NCBI GenBank assembly: GCA_965208575.1
Contig: CBDBOV010000004.1
Location: 544,001 to 608,000 of the forward strand
Length of the DNA stretch: 64,000 bases
Reading direction: 5' to 3'
From: Spirochaetia bacterium
GTDB lineage: Bacteria > Spirochaetota > Spirochaetia > SZUA-6 > Bin103
The position numbers and the translations under genes are program-made. The number at the start of each line of letters is the position of its first letter. Position 1 is the first letter of the stretch. This document shows positions 1 to 8,809 of this stretch, one piece after another. The notes beneath the pieces were generated by a model, which saw only the letters and a list, made by a program, of their open reading frames with translations, did no database searches and was not told where the DNA came from.

Positions 1-606
1 CTGCCCGTTGGCATCTACTCGGCGATTCGCCAGGATACTGCCGCCGACTACCTGGGGCGCTCCATCGCCATCCTCGGCCTGGCAACACCTAACTTCTGGC
101 TGGGAATTATGGTCATGATCTTCCCGGCAATCTGGTGGGGCTGGGCGCCACCGCTGGAGCTGGTTGCATTCACCGAAGACCCGCTGGGGAATCTGGCGGT
201 GTTCCTCATTCCCAGCCTGATTCTGGGTACGGCCGGTGCTGCCGCCACCATGCGGATGACGCGCACCATGATGCTGGAGGTGCTCAGGCAGGACTATATC
301 AGGACGGCCTGGGCCAAGGGTCTCAAGGAGAGGGTCGTCGTTCTGAGACACGCCGTCAAGAACGCCCTCATCCCGGTAATCACCCTGATAGGCCTGCAGT
401 TGCCCCTGCTGGTAGGTGGCTCCGTTATCATGGAGAACATATTCAACCTGCCGGGGCTAGGTCGTCTTTTGCTTAAGGCACTCGATGAGAGAGACTACCC
501 GGTGGTCTCCGGAATAAACCTGTTTTTCGCCACGGCGGTTGTGGGGATCAATCTGCTCATCGACCTGATCTACGCGGTCTTGGACCCGAGGGTCCGCTAT
601 GACTGA
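1..606 (+). CDS. Peptide/nickel ABC transporter permease (DppB/OppB type), 5'-truncated by window edge
   Basis: Open from base 1; ATPNFW and EAA-loop 'MLEVLRQDYIRTAWAKGL'; ends DPRVRYD; paralog of 11150-12118. Confidence 0.92.
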   Translation: MPVGIYSAIRQDTAADYLGRSIAILGLATPNFWLGIMVMIFPAIWWGWAPPLELVAFTEDPLGNLAVFLIPSLILGTAGAAATMRMTRTMMLEVLRQDYIRTAWAKGLKERVVVLRHAVKNALIPVITLIGLQLPLLVGGSVIMENIFNLPGLGRLLLKALDERDYPVVSGINLFFATAVVGINLLIDLIYAVLDPRVRYD

Positions 607-747
607 GTTTGTTTCGCAGACTGGTCAGGGACAAGCCGTTGAGCATCATCGTTGGGGTCGTCATCGATGCCAGGGAGCGCTATGACTGATTTCTTGCGCA
701 GGCTGGTCAAGGAGAAGCCACTGAGCATCATCGCCGGGGTCGTCATC
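595..747 (+). repeat. Degenerate tandem duplication (~70 bp) of the DppB-stop/DppC-start junction
   Basis: cgctatgactgagtttgtttcgcagactggtcagggacaagccgttgagcatcatc (from 595) vs cgctatgactgatttcttgcgcaggctggtcaaggagaagccactgagcatcatc (from 678). Confidence 0.8.
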
Positions 748-1689
748 CTGCTGTTGATTCTTGTGGCGATCTTTGCCGATATTCTGGCGCCCTTTCCGCA
801 TGATGAAGTCAACATCGTACACCGGATGCAGGCCCCTTCCGACCGGTATCTGTTGGGGACCGATCAGTTGGGGCGAGACCTGCTGAGCCGCCTTCTCTTC
901 GGGGCTCAGATTTCGCTGACCGTCGGTCTGGCGGCGACCGCTATCAACGTCGTGGTGGCGGTGCTGATCGGCGGACCTTCAGGATTCTTCGGCGGTAGAT
1001 TCGACCTGGCGGCGCAGAGATTCGTTGACGCCTGGATGGCGTTCCCGGGGCTGCTGCTGTTGCTCACCATCATGTCGCTGGTGGGGCGGGGTTTGCCGCA
1101 GATCATCGTGGTGCTGAGGGTAACCGGTGGCATCGGCGGCTCGCGCGTAATCCGCGGCGCGGTAATTGGGGTAAAGGAGAACGTCTACTTTCAGGCGGCA
1201 GAGGCGATCGGCAGCACAAGGTGGCGCACGCTCGTCCGCCACGTTCTGCCCAATATCGGCGCTCCGATCATCATCGTGTTCACCATCAACGTCGGGGCGG
1301 TGATCATCAGCGAGGCAGCGCTGAGCTTCCTGGGGTTCGGTCTGCCGATTTCGGTGCCCAGCTGGGGCGGGATGCTGAGCCGGGAGGGGCGTGAGTTCAT
1401 GGACGTGGCGCCGCGGCTGGCGCTGTGGCCAGGGCTGTGCCTGACGATTGTCGTCTACTGCCTGAACATGTTCGGCGACGCTGTGCGGGATCTGCTCGAC
1501 CCGCGGTTGCGGGGCGGTGGCGGGCGCCTGGGTGCCGCTGCCGCCAGGGCCGTCTGGTGTCACGCCGGATGCGCCCACCCGTGGCTCCGTCCTGGCCCCA
1601 TGGGTGTGCATGCGCCGTCGGCTACTCCGGAGTCGCGCCCGCAACGCGCCCGACCAGGTCCACGAGCGTCGGGCTGGGTATGGGCGTGA
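682..1689 (+). CDS. Peptide/nickel ABC transporter permease (DppC/OppC type) with aberrant read-through C-terminal tail
   Basis: LLGTDQLGRD, RHVLPN, GDAVRDLLDPR; sequence after ~1545 is not homologous to paralogs; likely start ATG 682. Confidence 0.88.
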   Translation: MTDFLRRLVKEKPLSIIAGVVILLLILVAIFADILAPFPHDEVNIVHRMQAPSDRYLLGTDQLGRDLLSRLLFGAQISLTVGLAATAINVVVAVLIGGPSGFFGGRFDLAAQRFVDAWMAFPGLLLLLTIMSLVGRGLPQIIVVLRVTGGIGGSRVIRGAVIGVKENVYFQAAEAIGSTRWRTLVRHVLPNIGAPIIIVFTINVGAVIISEAALSFLGFGLPISVPSWGGMLSREGREFMDVAPRLALWPGLCLTIVVYCLNMFGDAVRDLLDPRLRGGGGRLGAAAARAVWCHAGCAHPWLRPGPMGVHAPSATPESRPQRARPGPRASGWVWA

Positions 1690-1738
1690 GCTCACCCGTC
1701 AGCCCGAAGCAGCGCCTGGGCACCCGCGTCGCGGGGGT
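1615..1738 (-). ncRNA. Orphan divergent copy of the structured SBP leader motif
   Basis: Minus strand cccgcgacgcg...cgcgttgcgggcgcga...gtagcc, shared with 8631-8788 and 19637-19797. Confidence 0.4.
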
Positions 1739-1761
1739 GGCGCGCTTCGACTACGCCTAGG

Positions 1762-2127
1762 CGGTCCGCAACTCCTGCTGCAGTCGTTCCTGCAACGGAT
1801 CGTGAACAGCGGCGGGCGCATCGAGCGCGAGTACGGCCTGGGGCGGGGGCGCACCGATCTGCTGATTATCTGGCCGCACCCAGGTGGCGCGGGGACCGCA
1901 CGCGGCGGGCAGATTCGTGATCGAGCGCAAGGTGCTGCACGGGAGCCTGGAGCGCACGATACGCGAGGGGCTGCTGCAGACCGCCGAATACAGGGACCGG
2001 TGCGCGGCGCAGGCGGGCCACCTGGTCAATCTGCGACCGCGGCGCAGGCAAGCGGTGGGAGGACAAGATCTTCCGCCGCGACGAACGCACCGATGACCGG
2101 CACCGGATCACGGTGTGGGGGATGTGA
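1762..2127 (+). pseudogene. C-terminal remnant of AAA-ATPase-associated PD-(D/E)XK nuclease domain protein
   Basis: Frameshifted pieces GPQLLLQSFLQRIVNSGGRIEREYGLGRGRTDLLI / RFVIERKVL..EGLLQTAEY / WEDKIFRR..ITVWGM*. Confidence 0.7.
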
Positions 2128-2281
2128 GCAGTATTCGACCGGCAGCCGCCGACGTTCGTCTGACAGTCTCACCCGGCAATATGGGCATTGCTGAGAGTAC
2201 GAGCCTCCTCCCTCGTTCCCGGTGACCCACGCATGTGTTGGAGGTCCATGCCGGTGCGACGATTATACTTGAAATGCAACA

Positions 2282-2373
2282 CGTGCCTTCAAGGGGCACG
2301 AACGAACGTCAGAAGATAGTTTCCACTTGACGGAGTTCTATCCTCGACTGAGAACGTGTCCCTGAAGGGCACG
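2282..2373 (+). promoter_or_regulatory. Two 19-bp inverted-repeat operators and a -35 box upstream of abiEi
   Basis: cgtgccttcaaggggcacg (2282-2300) and cgtgtccctgaagggcacg (2355-2373) flank TTGACG (2327-2332). Confidence 0.65.
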
Positions 2374-2375
2374 AA

Positions 2376-3395
2376 ATGCTCATGAACAGTACACCGCTCA
2401 AGACCCTGGGGCCCCAGGCGGCGAAGTTGTTGACGGCGCTCCACGAACGGAGCCGTGCTGTTTTCCGCCTCGAGGATGTCCGGGACATCACGGGTCTCTC
2501 CGAAACCTCCGCGAGGAGCTTCGCCCGCAAGCTCGTGGACCGGGGTGTGGCGGCCCGGCTCAAGTCCGGTCTCTACGTACTGGTCCCCTTCGAGCTGGGA
2601 AGGGAGCGGCACTACCTGGGAAACCCTCTCGTCGTCGCCCGGGAGATCATGCACGGGGAGGACTACTACCTCTCGCACGCCACCGCCATGGAGATCCACG
2701 GCATGACGACCCAGCCCCAACTGGTAGTCAAGGTCAGCACCCTGAAGCCCCGGCGATCCCTGACCGCGCTGGGCGTGGAATTCCGGTTCGTTTGCTGCCG
2801 GCACAAGCACCTCTTCGGGCTCACTGACCACTGGGCGACCAAGCAGGAGAAAGTGCGCGTGAGCGACCTGGAGAGGACGATTATCGACGGACTCAAGCAG
2901 CCCGAGCATTGCGGCGGGCTGACCGAGGTCGCCAAGGGCCTTTGGATGCGGCGCGAGGACGTGAAGGTCGACCGGCTTATCCAGTACGCCAAGCGGATCG
3001 GTGTCGGCGCCGTCGTGCGCCGGCTGGGGTTCCTGCTGGAGACCTACGAGATAGCGGCGCCGCCGGATCTGGACGGTGTTCGCGCCGGCTTGACGGCGAC
3101 CTACGTCCGCCTCGACCCGGTCCTTCCGGCCGAGGGGAAACACCTGCGCCGCTGGCGCCTTCAACTCAACGTCGACCCCCAAGAGCTCCGCGCCGTCGTG
3201 AGGACCTTATCCATGATCGCGCAGCGCGATCTCTCGCTTCTTTCCAACCGACTCGCCCAGCGGGGAGGCCGGCGTATCCCGGAGACCGTCCTGGAGCGCG
3301 ACTACTGCCTCTCGTGGCTTCTGGTCGGGCTGTCCCGCAACCCGCTGCGGGAGCGCCTGGCGTTCAAGGGCGGGACCGCGCTCAAGGCCACGTGA
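2376..3395 (+). CDS. Type IV TA antitoxin AbiEi, fused in frame to the N-terminus of AbiEii
   Basis: RLKSGLY, YYLSHATAM, SDLERTIIDGL..PEHCGG, VRRLGFLLE; TTA at 3207 where a stop is expected. Confidence 0.85.
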   Translation: MLMNSTPLKTLGPQAAKLLTALHERSRAVFRLEDVRDITGLSETSARSFARKLVDRGVAARLKSGLYVLVPFELGRERHYLGNPLVVAREIMHGEDYYLSHATAMEIHGMTTQPQLVVKVSTLKPRRSLTALGVEFRFVCCRHKHLFGLTDHWATKQEKVRVSDLERTIIDGLKQPEHCGGLTEVAKGLWMRREDVKVDRLIQYAKRIGVGAVVRRLGFLLETYEIAAPPDLDGVRAGLTATYVRLDPVLPAEGKHLRRWRLQLNVDPQELRAVVRTLSMIAQRDLSLLSNRLAQRGGRRIPETVLERDYCLSWLLVGLSRNPLRERLAFKGGTALKAT

Positions 3396-3607
3396 ATCTG
3401 TCCGACTTGGTCAATCCCGTGGCGCGGAAGCTGGAGTTCCGGGGGTTGACACTGGCGCAGGTGGGCAAAGAGTTCACCGCCAAGGAGGAAAGCTACAAGA
3501 AGCTGTGGCAGGTCCGCCTCGCGGCGCAGATGGCCGAGCTCCCCGAGTTCAACGCGGTCTACCGCGAGGTCCGGCGCGCCCTCCGGCAGGGAGGCCTCAG
3601 CGGATAA
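3213..3607 (+). pseudogene. AbiEii nucleotidyltransferase toxin, internally deleted
   Basis: LERDYCLSWLL...LAFKGGTALK jumps directly to the C-terminal helix region (..LPEFNAVYREVRRALR) in another frame; no S-x-D-x-D core. Confidence 0.8.
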
Positions 3608-3684
3608 CCGAGTCGGCCCACCGTCGGGGTGGCTGTCTCCGGGGCTGTGACGGCGTCGATTCAGCCGATGCCCGGCGGGGATCG

Positions 3685-3850
3685 CGTCAGCTCGTCCCCC
3701 ACTCCGCCCACTTGTCCGGGTCCGCCCACTGCTGACCCACCTCGACGAAGCCGCGCGGACCGCGGACGCCGTGCTCGAGCGGATCGCCGGTGGCCTCCAT
3801 CCAGCGGTGCAGGCGCTGCTCCATCTCCTGCACCACCGGGCGCGCGGCCG
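3685..3850 (-). pseudogene. 3' fragment of a sulfatase paralog
   Basis: Near-identical to 21175-21340 (..MEQRLHRWMEATGDP..GPRGFVEVGQQWA.PDKWAEWGTS*). Confidence 0.85.
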
Positions 3851-4590
3851 GCGAGGGGTTCGGCCCCCACGTTTACGGGCTGGTGCGCGGCCGCGACCCG
3901 GAGACGTTCCGGCGCACGTTCACTCCCGACCCGGAACAGCGCTTCGAGGTGCGCTTTTTCGTGCGCGCCGAGGAGTATCGGCTGTGGGGGCTGTTCAAGA
4001 GCGACCTCCACCTGTTCGGGTCGGACGACGGCCCGGTGCTGCTGTTCGGCGCCGACCGCCTCGGCCGCGACGTGTTCAGCCGCGTCCTGTACGGGGCGCG
4101 CATCTCGCTGTCGGTGGGCTGGTGGGGATCTTCTTCACCTTCGTGTTCGGCATGATCCTGGGCGGGCTGTCAGGCTACCTGGGCGGCATCGTGGACGCGA
4201 TCATCCAGCGGCTGGTGGACCTGCTGATCTCCATTCCCACCATTCCGCTGTGGATGGCGCTGGCGGCGGCGCTGCCGCGCGACTGGCCGCCGGTGAGGAT
4301 CTACTTCGCCATCGTGATCATCTTCTCGATGATCGGCTGGACCGGGCTGGCGCGGGTAATCCGTGGCAAGCTGCTGGCCCTGCGCGAGGAGGACTTCGTG
4401 ATGGCGGGGCGCATCGCCGGCGCCACGCAGGGCGCCATCATCGCAAAGCACCTGCTGCCCTCGTTCGCCAGCTACATCATCGTGTCGCTGACGCTGGCCA
4501 TCCCGCAGACGATCCTGGGCAAGACGGCGCTGAGCTTCCTCGGCCTCGGGCAGCCGCCGGTGGTGAGCTGGGGCGTGCTGCTGCAAGACG
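3851..4590 (+). pseudogene. OppC-type ABC permease fragment, frameshifted
   Basis: LFGADRLGRDVFSRVLYGARISL, shift near 4120, then WTGLARVIRGKLLALREEDFV..KHLLP. Confidence 0.85.
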
Positions 4591-4608
4591 CCGGCGGCGG
4601 TACCGCCG

Positions 4609-5395
4609 GTGCGCGCCGTCCAGGAGGTGGCTCCCGTGTCGATCTGGCGCGCGCCCTCCGGCGAGACCCTCGTCGACTTCGGCCAGAACCTGGTGGGCCG
4701 CGTGCGCATTCGCCTGGCGGCAGAGCCGGGCACCGAGGTGCCGGCGGGCACTGAAGTGACCGTGCGCCACGCCGAGGTGCTGGAGAACGGCGAGCTGGGG
4801 GTGCGCCCGCTGCGCTCCGCCCAGGCCACCGACCGCTACCTTGCCCATGGTGGCGGCCCCGAGGAGTGGGAGCCGCGCTTCACGTTCCACGGCTTCCGCT
4901 ACGCCGGCGTGCGCGGCTGGCCGGGCGAGTTGCGGCCCGACGACATCACCGCCGTGGTGCTGCACTCCGACATGGTGCGCACCGGCTGGTTCGAGTGCTC
5001 CGAGCCGCAAGTCAACCAATCCACGAGAACATCGTGTGGGCATGCGCGGCAACTTCCTGGACGTGCCGACCGACTGCCCGCAGCGCGACGAGCGGCTCGG
5101 CTGGACCGGCGACATCCGGGTGTTCGCCGCCACCGCCACCCTGCTCTACGACAACGCCGCGCTGCTGAACTCGTGGCTGATCGACCTGGCTGCCGAGCAG
5201 GAACCGAACGGCAACGTACCGTTCGTCATCCCCTCCAATCTGCCGTCGTCGTTCACCGCGGCCGGCTGGGGCGCCGCCGCCACAGTGGTGCCGATGACGC
5301 TCGGCGAGCGCTATGGCGACCTGGAGCTGCTGCGCCGCCAGTACCCCTCCATGAAGGCGTGGGTCGAGCACGTGAAGGGCATCTGCGACGAGCGC
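4609..5395 (+). pseudogene. GH78 alpha-L-rhamnosidase internal fragment
   Basis: VDFGQNLVG, PRFTFHGFRY, GNFLDVPTDCPQRDERLGWTGD; frameshift near 5020; both ends missing. Confidence 0.85.
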
Positions 5396-5584
5396 CGCGT
5401 GTGGGAGTTGCAATCCGCTTACGGTCTGCTCACCATCGACTCCGTGATACTCGCCACGGCCCTGCGTGTCCGCGCCGATCACCTGGTGACCACCGATTCT
5501 GGCTTCGAAGGAATCGACGAATTGAGTGTAGTCATGGTCGACGACGTAGACGTCCCGGCCACGGTTCAACACCGGTCCCCGTGA
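5396..5584 (+). pseudogene. C-terminal PIN/VapC toxin fragment fused to the rhamnosidase relic
   Basis: YGLLTIDSVILATAL..LVTTDSGF. Confidence 0.65.
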
Positions 5585-5987
5585 CGGTAGCAGGCGTGGT
5601 GGCGTGGCGCTTCACGCGGGCGTGAGGCACGTTGGGACTGGCGGGATCGACCGTGAGCTGCCGGCGGCCGGGGTTCACGACCAGGTCCATGTCTTCCATG
5701 GGAACGGACCCCAACAACACTTCGTCGCCGATCACCAGCGCGCCGACGTAGCAGAACCGCTTTCCGAAGGCGACCTTCAGCGGCCCGACGTAGGGCACGG
5801 TCGCCGTCCTGCCGTCCGCGACCGATACCTCCCGCACCGACTCCGTTTCCAGGTCGAGCTGCCGTGCCACGTGCTCCGGAATGCACAGCATCAGGGCCCC
5901 CGTATCAACCAGCGCGTCCACCTGCACCGGTACGAAGTCGGGGCGCCGGGGATTGCTCAATTCCAGTTCCGCAAATACGTGGCCCAC
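5532..5987 (-). CDS. Clan AA (retropepsin-like) aspartic protease
   Basis: ALVDTGA catalytic motif and EVLLG..PMEDMDL; tail after HARVK probably read-through. Confidence 0.85.
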   Translation of the reverse strand: MGHVFAELELSNPRRPDFVPVQVDALVDTGALMLCIPEHVARQLDLETESVREVSVADGRTATVPYVGPLKVAFGKRFCYVGALVIGDEVLLGSVPMEDMDLVVNPGRRQLTVDPASPNVPHARVKRHATTPATVTGTGVEPWPGRLRRRP

Positions 5988-6742
5988 GCGTCCTTCCCCA
6001 CTCCCGCAATCATATCATCTCGTTCCCGTGGTTACCTGACTCCCCTGTCGAACGGCCGCGCCGTCATGCGCAACGCTCCCGGTACGCCGCGCAACGACTG
6101 GGCGCGGCCTGGCATCGTAGTGTCGGCGCATCATCGGGCGCCGCAGACCGAGTCGGCGGAGTGCACAGGTAACTCATCACACGACTGACGTGTCGTCCGT
6201 TCGTGGGCCCCGTCCATGGGGCCCAACACAGGCGTTCCCGCGCCATGGAGGGCGCGGGCGATTGGGCGCGTCCGGAGTCACGTGCACCATCACGCTCACC
6301 AGCGACGGCCATGGAACCCGCTGACCGAACCGGTCAGTCTGAAAGCAGCGACTGGCATCGCAGGGTCTGTGCATCATCGTGGCGAAGGTCGGAGGCCACC
6401 ACCCGGCAGTAGCCGGCGGCTGGGAGGCCACGACGAAGATTGGCTGATGTCGCGGGCGCACCGCTAGTGACAGTTGGGCGGTGGTGCGTGCGCGGATCAC
6501 GGTGGCGTCGCCGCATCATCGGCCGCGACATAGTCCGTAACCGGTGACCTCCACCCGTGGCGCCCTCCCTGGCGCGACGGGTGGCATACGGCCCACAGAC
6601 CACGACACGAGGTCGGGGGCGGTGGGCTGCTTCTTGGTCCGGAGGGGGGCCCGGAAGGCGACCGAGCAGGTCGGCGAGCGCCGGGCTGTGCATGGGCGTG
6701 GCCTTGCCGGTCAGCGGGAAGCCGATGCTCCGATCTGGACCC

Positions 6743-7020
6743 TCAGTACTCGTCGTCGCAGAGGCCGTCGCGGAAGGTGTGCGGCACCACCCAGTAGCCG
6801 TCGACCGTGGCGAAGAGGTCGGCGGCCGCCACCCGACAGAACGCCGGAGCGACAGGCGGCCGTGAGGCCACCACGAAGGTCGGCCTGAGGTGGTAGAGCG
6901 CCGAGCGATAGGCAAGCCGCGAGCCCGGACCCCACTGCCGGTCGGCAGGCCGCTCGGGGAACAGCACCACCAGCGAGCTGCGCTTGGCCAGCCACAGGGT
7001 GCGCCGCGCCAGCGCCGCCC
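6743..7020 (-). pseudogene. C-terminal fragment of an unidentified protein (possibly SLOG/DprA-like)
   Basis: Protein-like ALARRTLWLAKRSSLVVLFP..WGPGSRLAYRSAL..PTFVV fused to the RT relic. Confidence 0.3.
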
Positions 7021-7024
7021 GGGG

Positions 7025-7612
7025 CGGCGCCTGCCTTTCTGACTCCGACGCCGGAGCGCGCGCAGCCATGCGCACGCTACCAGCTGACGAAACCGGGACA
7101 GCGCTCGAAAGTTGCCTGGCACTGCGTGGTAGTTGAAGTACCCACGCACGACACTTCGGATCCACCTGCCCTGCTGGGGCACGGGGGCATGCAGTCTCCG
7201 CTTCAGCTCCCTGGTGACTGCAAGGACTTTCGTCCTGAGCCGCTTGGCGAGGGTTTTCCTCAGAACGGTATAGCGCCCGTCCGTGCGACGGCGCGCGCAG
7301 ATGTGGGTGAAACCCAAGAAGGCGAACTTCTCCGGCTTCCCCTCGCCCCGCTTCGCCCGGTTTTCCATGGCAAAGCGGCCGAACTCTATCAGGCGGGTCT
7401 TCTCGGTGTTCAGCTCCAGCGCGAACTTCCGCATACGTTGCGCCAGCGCGTGGCGAAACGCCTTGGCGTCGCTCAGGTACTGAAACGCCGTTATGTATAT
7501 CGTCGGCGTAGCGCACGATATAGACCTCGCCGCGGGCATGGCGCTTGCGCCACGCTTCCACCCATAGATCCAGCACATAGTGCAGGTAGACGTTCGCCAG
7601 CAGCGGCGAAAG
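7025..7612 (-). mobile_element. Group II intron reverse transcriptase/maturase fragment
   Basis: SPLLANVYLHYVLDLW..RYADD, frameshift, EKTRLIEFGRFA..FLGFTH..VRGYFNYHAVPGN..LRRRSQK; no intron ends seen. Confidence 0.88.
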
Positions 7613-7615
7613 CTA

Positions 7616-8150
7616 TGCTACATCACGTCACTCGATACCAAAGAGGACGCCCTCGAGGTCGTCGGCGGCAAGGGCCGCTCGTTGGCCAAGTTGGCGAACG
7701 CCGGCTTCCCGGTGCCTGGCGAGTTTCAGGTAACCACCGCGGCGTATCGCAGCTTTGTCGCTGACAACGAGCTGCAGGCACGCATCGTCGCGTTGGCCAG
7801 GCCGGCGGTCGTCGCTGGAAGAGCCTCGTTTGAGCAGTCGTCGGCCGCCATCGGGCAGTTGTTTGCCGACACCGAGATCTCGGCCGAGATGAGCGCTGCG
7901 ATTCGCGAGGCCTATGGCGCCCTGGAGGGCGGCGCCGTGGCGGGCACGCCGGCACTGGCGGTGCGCTCGTCGGCGAACGCCGAAGACCTGCCGGGTCTTT
8001 CCTTCGCTGGCCAGCAGGAGACGTTTCTCAACGTCACCGGCGCCGAGGCCGTGGTGGCTGCCGTCAAGAACTGCTGGGCCTCGCTGTGGACCGCGCAGGC
8101 CATCAGCTACCGGCATCAGAACGGGATCGGCCAGGAGTCCGTGGCTATGG
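7616..8150 (+). pseudogene. PEP/pyruvate-binding (PPDK N-terminal) domain fragment
   Basis: VGGKGRSL, AVRSSANAEDL..SFAGQQETFLNV, CWASLW; truncated at the repeat starting 8150. Confidence 0.85.
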
Positions 8151-8350
8151 CCTGGGGTTCGACGGATCGATGATGACGCGCCATGACGACAGTCAGCGCA
8201 GTGGTGGCCGGTGATGTTCGGTGACGTCCGAGTCGTTGACAGGCTGGTCGCGCCCACGCTAGCATGCCTCGCCTGGGGCGACGGATGCCGATGAAGCGCC
8301 ATGATGACAGTCAGCGCAGTGGCCGGTTGGCGGTGACGCAACGCGGTGGG
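8150..8350 (+). repeat. Two tandem copies of the dispersed promoter/leader repeat
   Basis: gcctgggg(tt)cgacggat..gcgccatga(c/t)gacagtcagcgcagtgg twice; TTGACA(8236)-18-TAGCAT(8260) before the second. Confidence 0.8.
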
Positions 8351-8420
8351 TCGCGCTTGACACGGATTTGGGCCGGCCTCTACACTCGTCCGCAAATGGG
8401 CACCGACAGTATCCAGCCCG

Positions 8421-8446
8421 CTACCGACTACCGACTACCGACTACC
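8421..8446. repeat. Heptamer tandem repeat (ctaccga)x3.7
   Basis: Directly visible. Confidence 0.85.
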
Positions 8447-8630
8447 TAACCGCGCGGAAGCCAGCCGCTCGGCACCGGTGCTGACCGCGGCACCATTGAT
8501 CCGCGCGGCACACAGCCGTGCGTGTGGCGGCGGACCGCGTCGGCCGCAACCTCCACCGGTCTACATCAACCGGCGTTGCCGGGACTTCAGAAGAGAGGGG
8601 CACATCTGCGCCCGACCGAGGGGGTGCAAA

Positions 8631-8788
8631 ATGATACTCAAAGAGCCGCACGCGCGCGCGGCGTGAGCCCGGGTGAACCCGGATGAGTCACACGCCCCGC
8701 GCTTTCAGTATTCGACTCAGGCTGGCCGTCCGCGTTGCGGGCGCGATTGTAGCCAGGGAGCGGCAAGTCGCTCCGCAATACTCTCAAA
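8631..8788 (+). ncRNA. Conserved structured 5' leader of the SBP gene (candidate cis-regulatory RNA)
   Basis: Homologous to 19637-19797; stems ggcgtg/cacgcc, ccggg/cccgg, ggagcggc/g(t/c)cgctcc. Confidence 0.55.
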
Positions 8789-8809
8789 AAAACGTTCAAG
8801 GAAGAAACG

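Noticed and set aside
1615-1738. Canonical TPP riboswitch call
   Set aside because: Lacks the intact UGAGA and CCUGAU..GCGUAGG consensus; kept only as a TPP-like candidate
7025-7612. RT as a diversity-generating retroelement or retron driving SBP variation
   Set aside because: Motifs are group II intron type (YADD, domain X), the gene is broken, and no template/variable repeat pair with adenine-specific mismatches was seen
8150-8350. Repeat units as a CRISPR array or tmRNA fragment (ttcgacgg)
   Set aside because: Units are long, degenerate and only paired; no cas genes; no tRNA-like ends or tag frame
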